Of a stretch of 64,000 nt of DNA, positions 21,597 to 32,056 are shown in pieces; the stretch's first letter is position 1, and each line of letters starts with the position of its first letter. A program made the position numbers and the translations under genes. The DNA comes from Epithemia pelagica (Eukaryota; Protista; Bacillariophyta), in assembly GCA_946965045.2 (NCBI GenBank), contig OX337228.1:3038001-3102000 (forward strand). Reading direction: 5' to 3'. The notes under the pieces are model-generated. The model was not told the DNA's origin and did not search any database. It saw only the letters and a program-made list of their open reading frames with translations.

Positions 21597-23123
21597 CTAG
21601 GATTCGTCCAGTGGTGGAAGTGGCAGTCCAATCGCCTTGTCATTGTTGTAAGCATTTAATCTTTGACAAGGTGCTGTTATGCCCAACGTAGGAGCCAAGG
21701 CTGCGACCTTGTCAAACAAGCCCAATGCTCCACCGGTATGCCAAAACAAGACGTTTTTATCGGTAAATGTTTCGGGAGGATAACTCGGCACGACGTGATG
21801 AGCAAACTGATACAAGGCCTTGCCGGAATAGACCGGATCCAACACAATGCCCGTGGCACGCGCAAAGTGACTCAGAAATTCCAGTTCCTCGGGGGTACTG
21901 CTCGCATACCCCAATCCCTTGCCTTGATGAGCAATCAAATGACGTCGAACAAAGGCTGTCACATCCTCCAGAGATGGTTGAGTGGTAGTTCCGGGGAGAC
22001 GGAATCCCATTTCCACGGCAATTTTTGCGACATGGTTGTAAAAATAGTCGGGATCGTCACACACTCCAATGGCGTGTACAGTAGGAGGAGTCGTATTGTT
22101 GTCGTCGTCGGTGGAAGTATCTAGAGGCAAAAAGGCTAAACACAATCCCAAGGCAATTCCGGCCGCCGTACCACCACTTCCACAGGCAAACACGACATGG
22201 TCCAATGTACTACTCGAAGAAGAGGATGATAGAATTGCTGCAATGGCTTGCCATTGGTGTACCAATTCATCCACGGCATGAATGTATCCCCAACTTCCAA
22301 TCCCATTGGATCCTCCCACTGGTATGAGATAGGGACGTTTTCCCAAGTTTGTTTTCAAATGCTGACCTAATCGTGAGATGAGAGCTTGGGAACCGATTCG
22401 ACCATATTCTCCGGGAGTACAGGTATAAATCTGACTGCCCACCATGCGATCCAACAAGACATTACCCACCAAGCCAATGTCATTGTTGTTCTTGTCGGTT
22501 CCACCTGTACTATCATCCTTGTCTTGGGCGTGCATGGCTTGTTTGGTTCGTAAAATCAAGTGCGGTTCCAGGCCCAGCATACGAGCGGCTGCCGCTGTGG
22601 CTCGACAATGATTGGATTGTTCACCTCCAATCGTAATGACACTGTCACATCCTTGGGCGAGGGCATCGGCTAATAAAAATTCCAATTTCCGAATCTTATT
22701 GCCACCCAATTCCACACCACCCGTGGCATCGTCACGCTTGACAAAGAGTTGAAATCCCAAAAGTTGGGATGGCAAGTCGTTTCCTCGAAGTCGATACAAG
22801 GGTGTTGGCAAATTGGCAAGCGGCAACCTTCCATGGGGTGGCACGTTGGTCAAAACGTTACTGGCCCATGGAGGAGGATGGTACGGAATGGGCGTGTGCA
22901 ACGAAGCCGTCGCGGCATACTGGTTGTTGCTGCTGGAGGATGACAAGGAGGAGGATTTTGCACCAGAAGGAATCGTAGTAGACGATGAGGAGGTCGATGA
23001 TGAGAACGCCATGACAGACACAGTGGTAGTCGTGGTGACTGCTGCTGTCGAAAGAAGAGATAATCGAAGCAGTTTGTAACCCAGGCAAGTAGATATGCTT
23101 CGACCAACCTTGAGACGCATCAT
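21597..23123 (-). CDS. dcyD: D-cysteine desulfhydrase (PLP-dependent; ACC deaminase family) with an N-terminal targeting extension
   Basis: LANLPTPL, FVKRDDATG, GGNKIRKLEFLLADA, GGEQSNHCRATA, ACGSGGTAAG, LDPVYSGKA, FWHTGG. Confidence 0.92.
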   Translation of the reverse strand: MMRLKVGRSISTCLGYKLLRLSLLSTAAVTTTTTVSVMAFSSSTSSSSTTIPSGAKSSSLSSSSSNNQYAATASLHTPIPYHPPPWASNVLTNVPPHGRLPLANLPTPLYRLRGNDLPSQLLGFQLFVKRDDATGGVELGGNKIRKLEFLLADALAQGCDSVITIGGEQSNHCRATAAAARMLGLEPHLILRTKQAMHAQDKDDSTGGTDKNNNDIGLVGNVLLDRMVGSQIYTCTPGEYGRIGSQALISRLGQHLKTNLGKRPYLIPVGGSNGIGSWGYIHAVDELVHQWQAIAAILSSSSSSSTLDHVVFACGSGGTAAGIALGLCLAFLPLDTSTDDDNNTTPPTVHAIGVCDDPDYFYNHVAKIAVEMGFRLPGTTTQPSLEDVTAFVRRHLIAHQGKGLGYASSTPEELEFLSHFARATGIVLDPVYSGKALYQFAHHVVPSYPPETFTDKNVLFWHTGGALGLFDKVAALAPTLGITAPCQRLNAYNNDKAIGLPLPPLDES

Positions 23124-23663
23124 ATGTCGTATGCAATGGACTTTTGGGATCAACATCCCAACTGTAAAAAAGATACAGGATCTTTTGTCAGAAGAAAAGC
23201 TATTAGGGCTACCCTGTATCTGATTCGACAAAGCTATACTCTAGGTAGTGGAATTAAGAGTGCTTCTAGATCTAGAGGAGAACTTGTACACAAGGTCTAT
23301 GACTCCCAAAAGTCTGTTGTTTGATCCTTTTATTCCGAGAAAAAGTGTTCATGCGTTCTTGTTCCATGGATGGACGTGAACCATGCTCGTAGCAGACTGG
23401 CTTTTGTATGTCGCGCAGTCGGGACACTTTAAAGTATCGGAGGTTTTTATCTGGACCGTCACCCGCGGAACAGAACCAAGCACAAAACAAGGAGTTTGGT
23501 ACACCCATCTGTTTCATAGGACCCATCCATCATCGTACGTACGACTGGTACTGCTCCAGTGCTTGGTGCAATCTTGTGAGAACAGCAAACGGATGTTCCA
23601 GAGGAAGCCCGGTATAAATTGCAACTGCCCAAAGAAGATGCATGGATCAGTGCGCCTCTCTCA

Positions 23664-26600
23664 TTACTTGTCCGAATGAATGTCCAACTTGCGACCTGTC
23701 GTGGCCGTCGTGGTCGTCGTTGTGGTGGGCGAAATAGGTGGAGACAAAATGGTCGTGCTGGCAGTAGCGCCATTCCTTGGGTTGTTGGTCGGCGGATGTT
23801 TGTGGGATGATTTTTGGGCATAGTATCCTCGACACCGTCGACGTTCCGTCAAGTCGACAATTTCCATTTCGCCATCGGTTCCACCCACGGCAATCAAACT
23901 ATCCGATCCCGGTGCCGAAGGCATCCACCGCACGGCTTGAATGGAATTGCTTCCACGATTGCGTCGAATCTCGGTATAACAAGTCAAGGCTTGCCGTTGC
24001 CAATTGTAATCCTTTTCATTCACCGCCACACCCGATGACAAGAGATAGGCCAAATCAATAATAGAAACTGTGCCATTGTCAATGCCGGCGGCCAACAAAC
24101 CGTTGCTCCCCCAATCCAAGTCACGAATTTGTCCGTCTCGAGGTATCCGAAGGACGGTTTCCCACGAGTTTTCAAGGGTCCGGATTTCCATGATATAAAT
24201 CATCTTACTCGAACCACCGTAGGCGAGATAAACCAAGCCGCCACCGACAATATGGGGAGCCCAGGCCAGAGCGTACCCGTTAAAGTCGCATTGGAGGGAA
24301 AAGACCGACCGCCATCGCTTCACACGATAATCGCTAGTGTCGTAAATCGACAACACTTTACCGAAACCCATGCATGCCAAGAATTGACTATTGGGTGACC
24401 ATGCCACGGCATAGGTGATCCCTGTCTTCCATGAATGTGCCAGTGAGAATGCCTTGGAGGCGTCAAATATTCGCGTCCGGTCCCCCGCCACGGCCACGTA
24501 GCGACTGCGCGAATCAATGGCAACGGCATTGGTCTCACCAATGTTTCGGATGACTCGTTGAATGGAAAAGTCGGCCGAAAGTGGCCGTCGTCTTGCCGAG
24601 CCATCACCACATGTGGGAGACGGGCAATGGTGACAGTGTTGAGCGTAGGAGGGTGACCTCATATTGGGCCCAACAATAATCAATGCATCTTTCGATCCAA
24701 TCACGGCAAAGCGCCCGTTCAAACTCCAGTCAATCGACAATCGTTCGTTTAATACTACAACCAACTCGTACGTGGATTCAAATGTGGATCCGGACAATGA
24801 AAAGAATGTAACAACTCCCGCTTCGTTGCCAATGACTGCCGTTCGACCATCAGGAGCAAAGCAAACAGCCATAATCGGGGAAACAGAATGCAAGTGATGA
24901 CCCTGTACATGTCGTGCATTGGTCGTCTCGACGACAAGGACGGAATTGTTCTGACCAGTCAAAGCCAAAGCTTGGTCTTTGGGATGCCATGAAGCCGACA
25001 AAGGTACTAGGCCTTTGAGTTCAATTCCCATTACGGAATCCCAACCGTTCCGAACATCCAAGAGAGAAATCTCGGACGACATGCCACCGACGGCCACATG
25101 TGTGCCGCTGCCCGAGGTGGCAATGCATTGAACCCATCGCTCTCGCGGTATTTTATGAACCATTTCCCAGTAGGTGGTTTCGATCACGGCAATGTGATAG
25201 TCTTCGCCCCCGGCGTATAGCCACCGTCCATCGGGAGACCAGTCTAGGGCCAATATAGAATCATCCAATTCAAACTCATACAAAAGAGTCACTTCAGGCC
25301 CCGCTGAGGATGTGGAACTGCTACAGCTTTTCTTTTCCCCATCCTCGGGAGAACTCCTGTTTCCGTTGTTCTCTTTCTCTTGAACAACTGGTTGAACATT
25401 GTAGACCGATAACACACCCGACGCATTTCCGGCCGCCAAGTGACGTCCGCTGGGGCTGAAGGCAACGCGATTCACCCAATTGTCAAACTGTGCCGTGTAA
25501 AGTATTTCGCTTTCAACTTGTTGATCACCCGTAGCTCGAACTCGGACAATCAACAACTTTTTGGACCGGCTACCAATGGCCAACACGTTAGAGTTGTCTT
25601 TCCAATCGAGAGATCCTACAAAACCTGTTCCTTTGATCATGTGCAAGACTGGATACGGCTCCAAAGGCGACAAGATACTAACGGCATTCCCAGTTCCGCC
25701 AGCAGCCAAAAACGATTTGCCCCATGCAACACTACGAATGGAATGAGTGGTATCTCCAGCCGCGGGTCCCTTAAGTCTTCGATCGTGTCGAACTCTCCAA
25801 ACCGTAGATGCTGTCGTCTCAATAACGGCCAGATGATGATTCTCGGTCGCCACAGCCAAACGATCGCCGTTGGGTGACCAGGCCGTGCACCAGGTCCAAT
25901 CACCACGTGCAATTTCGTGAACAATCACGGTCCGACTACGGCCCAAATCGTATGTGCCATTGTAAGGTGGAGGATCGTAGAGGGTAAATTGGGCATTGAC
26001 CCATGACTGTAATCGTGGGTCAATTTCCTTGTCTCGAATGGCTTCGGCGTAGGAGGGTGGTGGCATTTCACCCATGACACGTACTAGTGACGTGGCGACG
26101 GGTTCTTGTTGCGGTTGTCGACGTTGGTTCACCATGGCGGAACAATTGCCAAAAAGATCGAAGGCATCGTCGGCCCGTTCGTTCCAGTAGTATTTCGGAC
26201 TCGTGGCTGGTTTGAGATTGAGCATACCGGGAGAGTAGCTAGCGTTGCTTCCTCCTCCTCTGATTCGTGATTTGGCTTCCTCTGATGCAATGATGGATCG
26301 ACCATCTTGATTGCCACCAACCATTGAAAGGTCGCCTGGTTCTTGGATATTGTACAAATCAGGCCAGAGACAGTAGTTCAGACCAATGGATTGGAAACAC
26401 GAAAGTGGCGACATGGCAGTGGAGGATGATGTTGGTGATCCTGAGAGAGTATTTACAATTTCTAAGGATTCCTCGTGATCAACCATGTTTGGTGGAGAAC
26501 CTTGTGGTTGTGATCGTATGGCAACTCCATCCAACTTTTGCAACAACTGATCGCGTTTCCGCCCATCATCGTCTTCGTCGTTTAACAATGTAGATTGCAG

Positions 26601-28292
26601 TCCTGAAGGAAGACCGTCCATGGATCCAACATCCGATTCCGTCATACTCGTAGATCTCATGATTCGAATTTCGTGATCAGAGTATTTTCCGTTTACTACA
26701 CCTGCATCCTTGGGAGGCAGTGCAGTCGTTTGTTGTTGTGGATCTGTATCTGTTGGCAATGACTCTGCATCCTTGTCATACTGTGGCAGTGATGCGGCAT
26801 CTGGGCCAATTGTGATGAGTTTCCCACTTAGTTCTTTCTTTTCTTCTTCAATGCCGGATCCATCCAATGTAACATTGGTATCCGGTATCCGCAATGAACG
26901 TTGTTGTCGGAAAGAAGTTGGTGGCGAAGGCAATTCAATCATTTTGGGCACCCCGTCACTGCTATATTTCTGATTATTATTCCCCCTCGAAGATTCTCTT
27001 TCATGACCGGGATGCAGATTTTGAGAAGAATGGTTTTGGAAGTGACCAGTTCGTAACGCGGTAGCTGTTGCGGCCGCCGTGGATGCTGCCGGTCCCAATT
27101 GATACCTGGATGAACGGTCCAACGGAGAGTCATCATGTGCACCTCCTGCATTGTGTTCAAGAATCCCCGTGTCATCGGATCCATCGAGTTGTTGTGTCAC
27201 TAGTAGGTTATCAGGAATGTGCTCGTGGTCGTCATTCGTCTCGTTGTGTCGTCTACTGGTACACGTCTTCCAGTCGTTGGGATCAATGGACAATTGTCCC
27301 ATTGCTTCGTCTCCCTGTTTCTGGGAAAAGGGTGACGACAAGGATTCCAAATCGCCTCTCCGTCCAAGAATTTCATGTGGTGGACGGGGAGGCGTGTGGT
27401 ACAGAGCCGTGGTGTCAGTGGGTTGAAGAGGGGGAGTCAAGGGAAGGGGCATGGTCGAGGAGGAGGACGAGACTGGTACCGTTGGTGCATGATCCATTTC
27501 AAATCGCATGGCGGCCAGCAAAACTTGCTGAATTCTATCATCGGATAATCGTGAGGCCGAGGGATCAGTGAGCGCATGAATGGCTTCACGCGCTTGTTCC
27601 ACATACAACAAGGATGTGGTCTCTTCTTCGTGGTGGATAGCGCTGTGATGTTGATGATGGTTGGGTATTGTTTGACCTCTGGATGGGGACAAGGACGAAG
27701 ACTGTGATACCAAGGAACGTGGCTGACCAAACCAGCTGCGTTGAGATGGGTCATGAATTTCATTTCCTTCCTCTTGCCAAACGGTGCTTGTGGTTAAACG
27801 ACTTCCCACCGATCGCAACTGAAAATTTTCATCGTCCCTCCTCGTGGGAGAAACTGCATCTTTGTTGCTGATCGTTGGTGTTGTCGTGGCTGGAGGTAAA
27901 AGTGGTGCCGATACATCGGTCGAAAGTGCTGAGGTAGTATTTGTGGTGGTGGCAGTCCTCATGGTCGAGGCCGAAGGAGGAGGAACAAAGGACGTTGTTG
28001 TTGTCTTTGTGGCTATCGTTGTTGCATCTCGTCGAAACCTCGTCACAGGTGTGTCCTCTCCTGAACTGGAAGCAGCGCAAGCGGGGTCCTCCGCATGCTG
28101 TAATTTTTCTGGTTTGGGTGTCGAGGGAGGCACCAGGATGTTGAGCGATTGACACGATTGAGAGTGTTGTGGTAGTTCCTTCTCTTGCTGTTCTGTACTT
28201 TTTCCTATATCTTGTGGGCTTTGTGGAGATGCCCGTGATGGCGACGTGCCTTCTCGCCGCAAGGGCGTCGATAAGTTGATGGATCCTATCAT
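23664..28292 (-). CDS. Large WD40-repeat protein (about 750-aa disordered N-terminus, probably two beta-propellers)
   Basis: 1542-aa intronless ORF with repeated blades such as AWSPNGDRLAVA, AFSPSGRHLAAG, DWSPDGRWLYAGG, SWHPKDQALAL, AWSPNSQFLA, DWGSNGLLAAG. Confidence 0.85.
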   Translation of the reverse strand: MIGSINLSTPLRREGTSPSRASPQSPQDIGKSTEQQEKELPQHSQSCQSLNILVPPSTPKPEKLQHAEDPACAASSSGEDTPVTRFRRDATTIATKTTTTSFVPPPSASTMRTATTTNTTSALSTDVSAPLLPPATTTPTISNKDAVSPTRRDDENFQLRSVGSRLTTSTVWQEEGNEIHDPSQRSWFGQPRSLVSQSSSLSPSRGQTIPNHHQHHSAIHHEEETTSLLYVEQAREAIHALTDPSASRLSDDRIQQVLLAAMRFEMDHAPTVPVSSSSSTMPLPLTPPLQPTDTTALYHTPPRPPHEILGRRGDLESLSSPFSQKQGDEAMGQLSIDPNDWKTCTSRRHNETNDDHEHIPDNLLVTQQLDGSDDTGILEHNAGGAHDDSPLDRSSRYQLGPAASTAAATATALRTGHFQNHSSQNLHPGHERESSRGNNNQKYSSDGVPKMIELPSPPTSFRQQRSLRIPDTNVTLDGSGIEEEKKELSGKLITIGPDAASLPQYDKDAESLPTDTDPQQQTTALPPKDAGVVNGKYSDHEIRIMRSTSMTESDVGSMDGLPSGLQSTLLNDEDDDGRKRDQLLQKLDGVAIRSQPQGSPPNMVDHEESLEIVNTLSGSPTSSSTAMSPLSCFQSIGLNYCLWPDLYNIQEPGDLSMVGGNQDGRSIIASEEAKSRIRGGGSNASYSPGMLNLKPATSPKYYWNERADDAFDLFGNCSAMVNQRRQPQQEPVATSLVRVMGEMPPPSYAEAIRDKEIDPRLQSWVNAQFTLYDPPPYNGTYDLGRSRTVIVHEIARGDWTWCTAWSPNGDRLAVATENHHLAVIETTASTVWRVRHDRRLKGPAAGDTTHSIRSVAWGKSFLAAGGTGNAVSILSPLEPYPVLHMIKGTGFVGSLDWKDNSNVLAIGSRSKKLLIVRVRATGDQQVESEILYTAQFDNWVNRVAFSPSGRHLAAGNASGVLSVYNVQPVVQEKENNGNRSSPEDGEKKSCSSSTSSAGPEVTLLYEFELDDSILALDWSPDGRWLYAGGEDYHIAVIETTYWEMVHKIPRERWVQCIATSGSGTHVAVGGMSSEISLLDVRNGWDSVMGIELKGLVPLSASWHPKDQALALTGQNNSVLVVETTNARHVQGHHLHSVSPIMAVCFAPDGRTAVIGNEAGVVTFFSLSGSTFESTYELVVVLNERLSIDWSLNGRFAVIGSKDALIIVGPNMRSPSYAQHCHHCPSPTCGDGSARRRPLSADFSIQRVIRNIGETNAVAIDSRSRYVAVAGDRTRIFDASKAFSLAHSWKTGITYAVAWSPNSQFLACMGFGKVLSIYDTSDYRVKRWRSVFSLQCDFNGYALAWAPHIVGGGLVYLAYGGSSKMIYIMEIRTLENSWETVLRIPRDGQIRDLDWGSNGLLAAGIDNGTVSIIDLAYLLSSGVAVNEKDYNWQRQALTCYTEIRRNRGSNSIQAVRWMPSAPGSDSLIAVGGTDGEMEIVDLTERRRCRGYYAQKSSHKHPPTNNPRNGATASTTILSPPISPTTTTTTTATTGRKLDIHSDK

Positions 28293-29094
28293 GGTTCACC
28301 TCGGTTCATTCCAATCGGGCTCGGATCGATGCGTATTGCGTGTGTTGTGTAAATTACGAATGAATCAATCCGCTCGTAGAGACTCTCATCTTGATCTCCT
28401 TCTTTCACCCTGTCACAAAATTGACACTCCCAGGACGAGGATTGTTAGAATACAGGATGCTTGTCAACAGAGACAGAATGCAATATCTGTGAGTAGGACG
28501 CTGTTCGTTGGTTGCTCTGTTCTATGTTGGTCAAAAGGTGGAACAGAGAACAGAGGGCATGCCCGTTTGGGTGTTTGGTTCTCTTGTTTCCGTTCTGGAA
28601 CAAAAGAACGGCCAAACACCAAAAGCAAAGCAACGAGCCGCGCGCCGCGCACCCCAATTATTTGTGGGCCGACATAGACCGTACAGTCTCGTGAAAAAGT
28701 ACTTTATCAATGATATGAATATATAGTGTAGATTCTTTGACGGGACAACCGCGCAGAATCTTCTTCCGCACGCAGGGTCCACCAAGACCATGTATGTAAT
28801 AAATCGCCATGGTCGCCAGACATGTTCCTCTTCAAGAGGATTTAGAGCCAGCTGTAAAATTCCCAGATGGGCTCTAATTCGTCGAAGGCGCACTCGGTAT
28901 CATCAAAGATAGATGCCCTCGCGTACATGGAGCACGCCCGATGGAGGTTCTAAAATCTCATCGCATTTTATGTTTTGCGACAATGACAATGGCGTACCAT
29001 GTCATTTGTTGGTCGTGACGACCAACAGGACATCTTCTTACAATAGTAAGGAACTTAAACACTTCCCCCCATCCTGAAGGACCAAAAGTCCAGA

Positions 29095-30672
29095 ATGTGG
29101 AAGTTCTACGCCAAGAAGCGTTTGCGTGTCGTTGGTTTCGTGGTTCTTGTCTTGGTGCTGGGCGGATTGTTCGTATCGATTGTTTTTCTGTGGCGGAACT
29201 TGGATTTGACCCTTCAGAAGCAGCAGCACGTGGAGAGTCGGTTGAGCTCCATGGGTACATGGCTAGAAGACTTGCAAGGATCGAAACAAAGCGACAGGCA
29301 AACCAGTATTAGTCGACAGAAAGGTACCAATCGCCGTGCTCGCCGCCAGAACCAACAACTTGGGACTCCTCGTAATAATAGGATTGTCGCTGGTGGAGGC
29401 ACATGTGGCTTTGAAGACCAGAGAAAACAAGGACAGATGGTTCCAGTCTATTTGTGGCCCCAGGCTGGTCGGTTATCAGCTCGTTATTTTCATATTTTCA
29501 AAGATGGTATTGATCAATCGCCTTATTTGCAACTGGTCACTGATTGGAAAACGGAACCGTCGGCCCTTTGGATCGTTGATCTGGGGTATGGGAATGCATC
29601 CATGCATGCCTTGGAACAAGCCGCCAAGGAACGAACTCAACAATGGCAAGGTACACAACATCCACAACAAGATCCTTGGCGAGTCGTGTTGGTTGACTAT
29701 GGTGATGATCCAGTTTCTCGTTCCTTCTGGAATCAAGCTATTGAATTGATGGGCGCCAATGCAAGTAATGTTGTTGTCTATCTTCGATCCATTGCACAAC
29801 GTCGTGTTTGGTCAAATCGCTTGGACTGGGTTCAAGTAGGAATCCCACTACCCCAAAAACGCAGAGGAAAACGACGAGCATCGACCTTTGTGCCGTATTA
29901 TTCTGCACCCTTTCCGGTGCGAACCGATACCATCGTCCAATTGCAAATGTATCTCCGCATTGCTCACCAACAAGAATTGTCCTTCCCGATTGAACGCAAT
30001 TGGACTCGCTCGGTCGATGTCACGCATTTGTGGCCATTGCGACAAGACACGCAATCACAAAACGGATCCTCTACCGGAATAAAACATGGTTCTGGCGGTG
30101 TAAACAGGAAATCGCTCATTCGTGCCAATCTTCGCTTTGCCGTGAGCCAGCTCATTGATGATTGGGGCCAAAAATACGGTTGGAAGACCTTTGTCGGCTT
30201 GGCCGGAAGTCAAATTGCTCGAACTGGACGCACAATGGCTTCTTCTTTCGATTATCTACAAGCTATGATGTCCACCAAGATCATGGTCGTGACTCAGCGG
30301 GATGGCTGGGAAGATCGTTATCGTCTCATGGAAGCCTTGGCGGCCAGTGGCGCTTGTGTATTCACAGATTACATGCATGGGTTACCCGCTGGATTGGAGA
30401 ATAGAACCAGCATTGTGGTGTTCTCTTCGCGCAACGAATTGCATTCCTTGCTGCAGTATTACCTAAAGCACGACGAGGAGCGCATGGACATTGCTAAAAA
30501 CGGACGATGGATCGCCATGACACGTCATCGTTCATGGCATCGTATGGAAGAAATGGTTTTTTGTGGCGATATCCAGTCCAATTGTCCGGTTGACAATGAG
30601 TCGATTGTTTCAACGAACAAACGTGCATACGCATCGTCGCAATGTCCCTGGACGGTGAATGCCGCCCCTTGA
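29095..30672 (+). CDS. Type II membrane glycosyltransferase, GT-B (Glyco_trans_1_2/CgeB-like C-terminal domain)
   Basis: N-terminal TM VVGFVVLVLVLGGLFVSIVFLW; C-terminal YLQAMMSTKIMVV...RLMEALAASGACVFTD...LQYYLKHDEERMDIAKNG...HRSWHR. Confidence 0.75.
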   Translation: MWKFYAKKRLRVVGFVVLVLVLGGLFVSIVFLWRNLDLTLQKQQHVESRLSSMGTWLEDLQGSKQSDRQTSISRQKGTNRRARRQNQQLGTPRNNRIVAGGGTCGFEDQRKQGQMVPVYLWPQAGRLSARYFHIFKDGIDQSPYLQLVTDWKTEPSALWIVDLGYGNASMHALEQAAKERTQQWQGTQHPQQDPWRVVLVDYGDDPVSRSFWNQAIELMGANASNVVVYLRSIAQRRVWSNRLDWVQVGIPLPQKRRGKRRASTFVPYYSAPFPVRTDTIVQLQMYLRIAHQQELSFPIERNWTRSVDVTHLWPLRQDTQSQNGSSTGIKHGSGGVNRKSLIRANLRFAVSQLIDDWGQKYGWKTFVGLAGSQIARTGRTMASSFDYLQAMMSTKIMVVTQRDGWEDRYRLMEALAASGACVFTDYMHGLPAGLENRTSIVVFSSRNELHSLLQYYLKHDEERMDIAKNGRWIAMTRHRSWHRMEEMVFCGDIQSNCPVDNESIVSTNKRAYASSQCPWTVNAAP

Positions 30673-30873
30673 GGAAACCGTGAACGAGGAACCGTGTGTT
30701 CTATGTAGCTCCAACTCATCTAGCGGAGAACTATCGCCGTCTATTGTCCACCATCCAATAGAGGATGAGGATAATTCGAACTATTTTTTGTAGGAGGAGG
30801 GATTAGGAGTCGTTCTGAAGGATTTGGTTTGTATCATAGATTGATGGTTTTTGAATCCTTCTCTTCTCTAGCT

Positions 30874-30881
30874 TAGGAGTA
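30874..30881 (+). promoter_or_regulatory. TAGGAGTA motif
   Basis: About 205 bp upstream of the NDUFS5 ATG; a 7/8 copy (TAGGAGT) lies at 30804. Confidence 0.35.
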
Positions 30882-31084
30882 CCTACTATACTGGAGACTA
30901 TTAGCTATGCCATAGCTCAGCATCGAGGACCACACAGCGACACACGTTTTGGCGCAGAGATCACACCCATCGGCCATCGACCCCTTGTGTCAACAGAAGC
31001 TCGGCAAATTTCTTGTTGTTGCTGTCTCGTTTCGAATAAGCAAACTTCCATCCCCATTTATCAACTTTCCCTGATCATAGCATC

Positions 31085-31751
31085 ATGGCATCCGGGTTCA
31101 GTTTGAGCGGTGCTCCAGGTCGTTGCTATGGATTCTTTACGGATTTCCGAGACTGTGTAGTACGTACAAACTCTTTCATATGTTTACTTTTCATGATGAA
31201 GTTCTCGGCTCTGACTTTCTATTATGTATTATTAGAACAAGCTGAAGAAAGATGGTATGACTGAGCATGCCGCTATTCGAGATAATGAGAAGCAACAAGC
31301 GTTAGTGGATCGTGTGGAAGAGCTCAGAGCCCAGATGGATGAGAAATTGGATGCGGACCCCGGATTGCGTCAAAAGCTTGAAGCCCTGAACCAACCGGTG
31401 TACGATGATCCCGAATTTATCCGTTTGGATGCTCGATTTAAGCGAGCAACGTTGGAAAATCACCCCGAGACTGCTCGCGGCCTGATCCATGAATTGAATG
31501 CTATTGCCGATTCATACCCCAGTCGACAGGAAGCGTACAAACTTGTTCCAGAGTTCAAGGAAATGAAGGATATTGAAAAGTTTATAGCGGCGAGACCTCA
31601 TCCTGTTCAAGAATGCCTGAACTTTCGCGAGGATTACTTTGAATGCTTGCACGGCAGAAAATTCATTGCTCGTATGAACGAAATCAACCGCGTGGCCTCG
31701 TTGAAGGCCGCTGGAAAATGGGTGCCTCCGGAAGATGCGGGTGCTCACTAA
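31085..31751 (+). CDS. NDUFS5: Mitochondrial complex I NDUFS5 (15 kDa)-like twin CX9C protein with a long inter-motif insertion; exons 31085-31159 and 31236-31751
   Basis: Exon 1 is MASGFSLSGAPGRCYGFFTDFRDCV; intron GTACGT...CTGAC...TAG (31160-31235); second motif CLNFREDYFECLHGRKFIARMN. Resembles plant/algal NDUFS5 (MASG..G..GRCY.F..DF..C and C...REDY.ECLH). Confidence 0.85.
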
Positions 31752-31825
31752 ATCATACAAACCTTCCATGGACGAGAAATATCAACAGTGATAACAACGA
31801 GAACAGTCAACCCCTATACATAGTA

Positions 31826-31993
31826 ATGAAAGTCATTCTACAAGCGTGTCTCGTATTCGCCTCGGTTACTCTACTCGGTGCAACGAGAGCATTTCGTCCT
31901 TGTAGCATCTCTATTGACTGTCACATAGTTCAATTCAGAGCGATTGGCCTCATTCTTCGAATTGCTCTTCACCGTCATCCGTTTCTTCCATAG
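31826..31993 (+). other. Orphan 55-codon ORF resembling a bipartite plastid presequence with no mature domain
   Basis: MKVILQACLVFASVTLLGATRA|FRPCS...; hydrophobic core, AxA cleavage site and F at +1. Confidence 0.3.
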
Positions 31994-32056
31994 GGTTACC
32001 GGGGTAAAGTCTCTGGCTGGTGATGGTCAAGACCACGCATGAACAAAATACAAAGG

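Noticed and set aside
28515-28893. 9-bp inverted repeat (CTCTGTTCT/AGAACAGAG) and a 120-aa minus-strand ORF in the WD40/GT divergent region
   Set aside because: Short repeat compatible with chance; the ORF lacks an ATG start and any recognisable motif.
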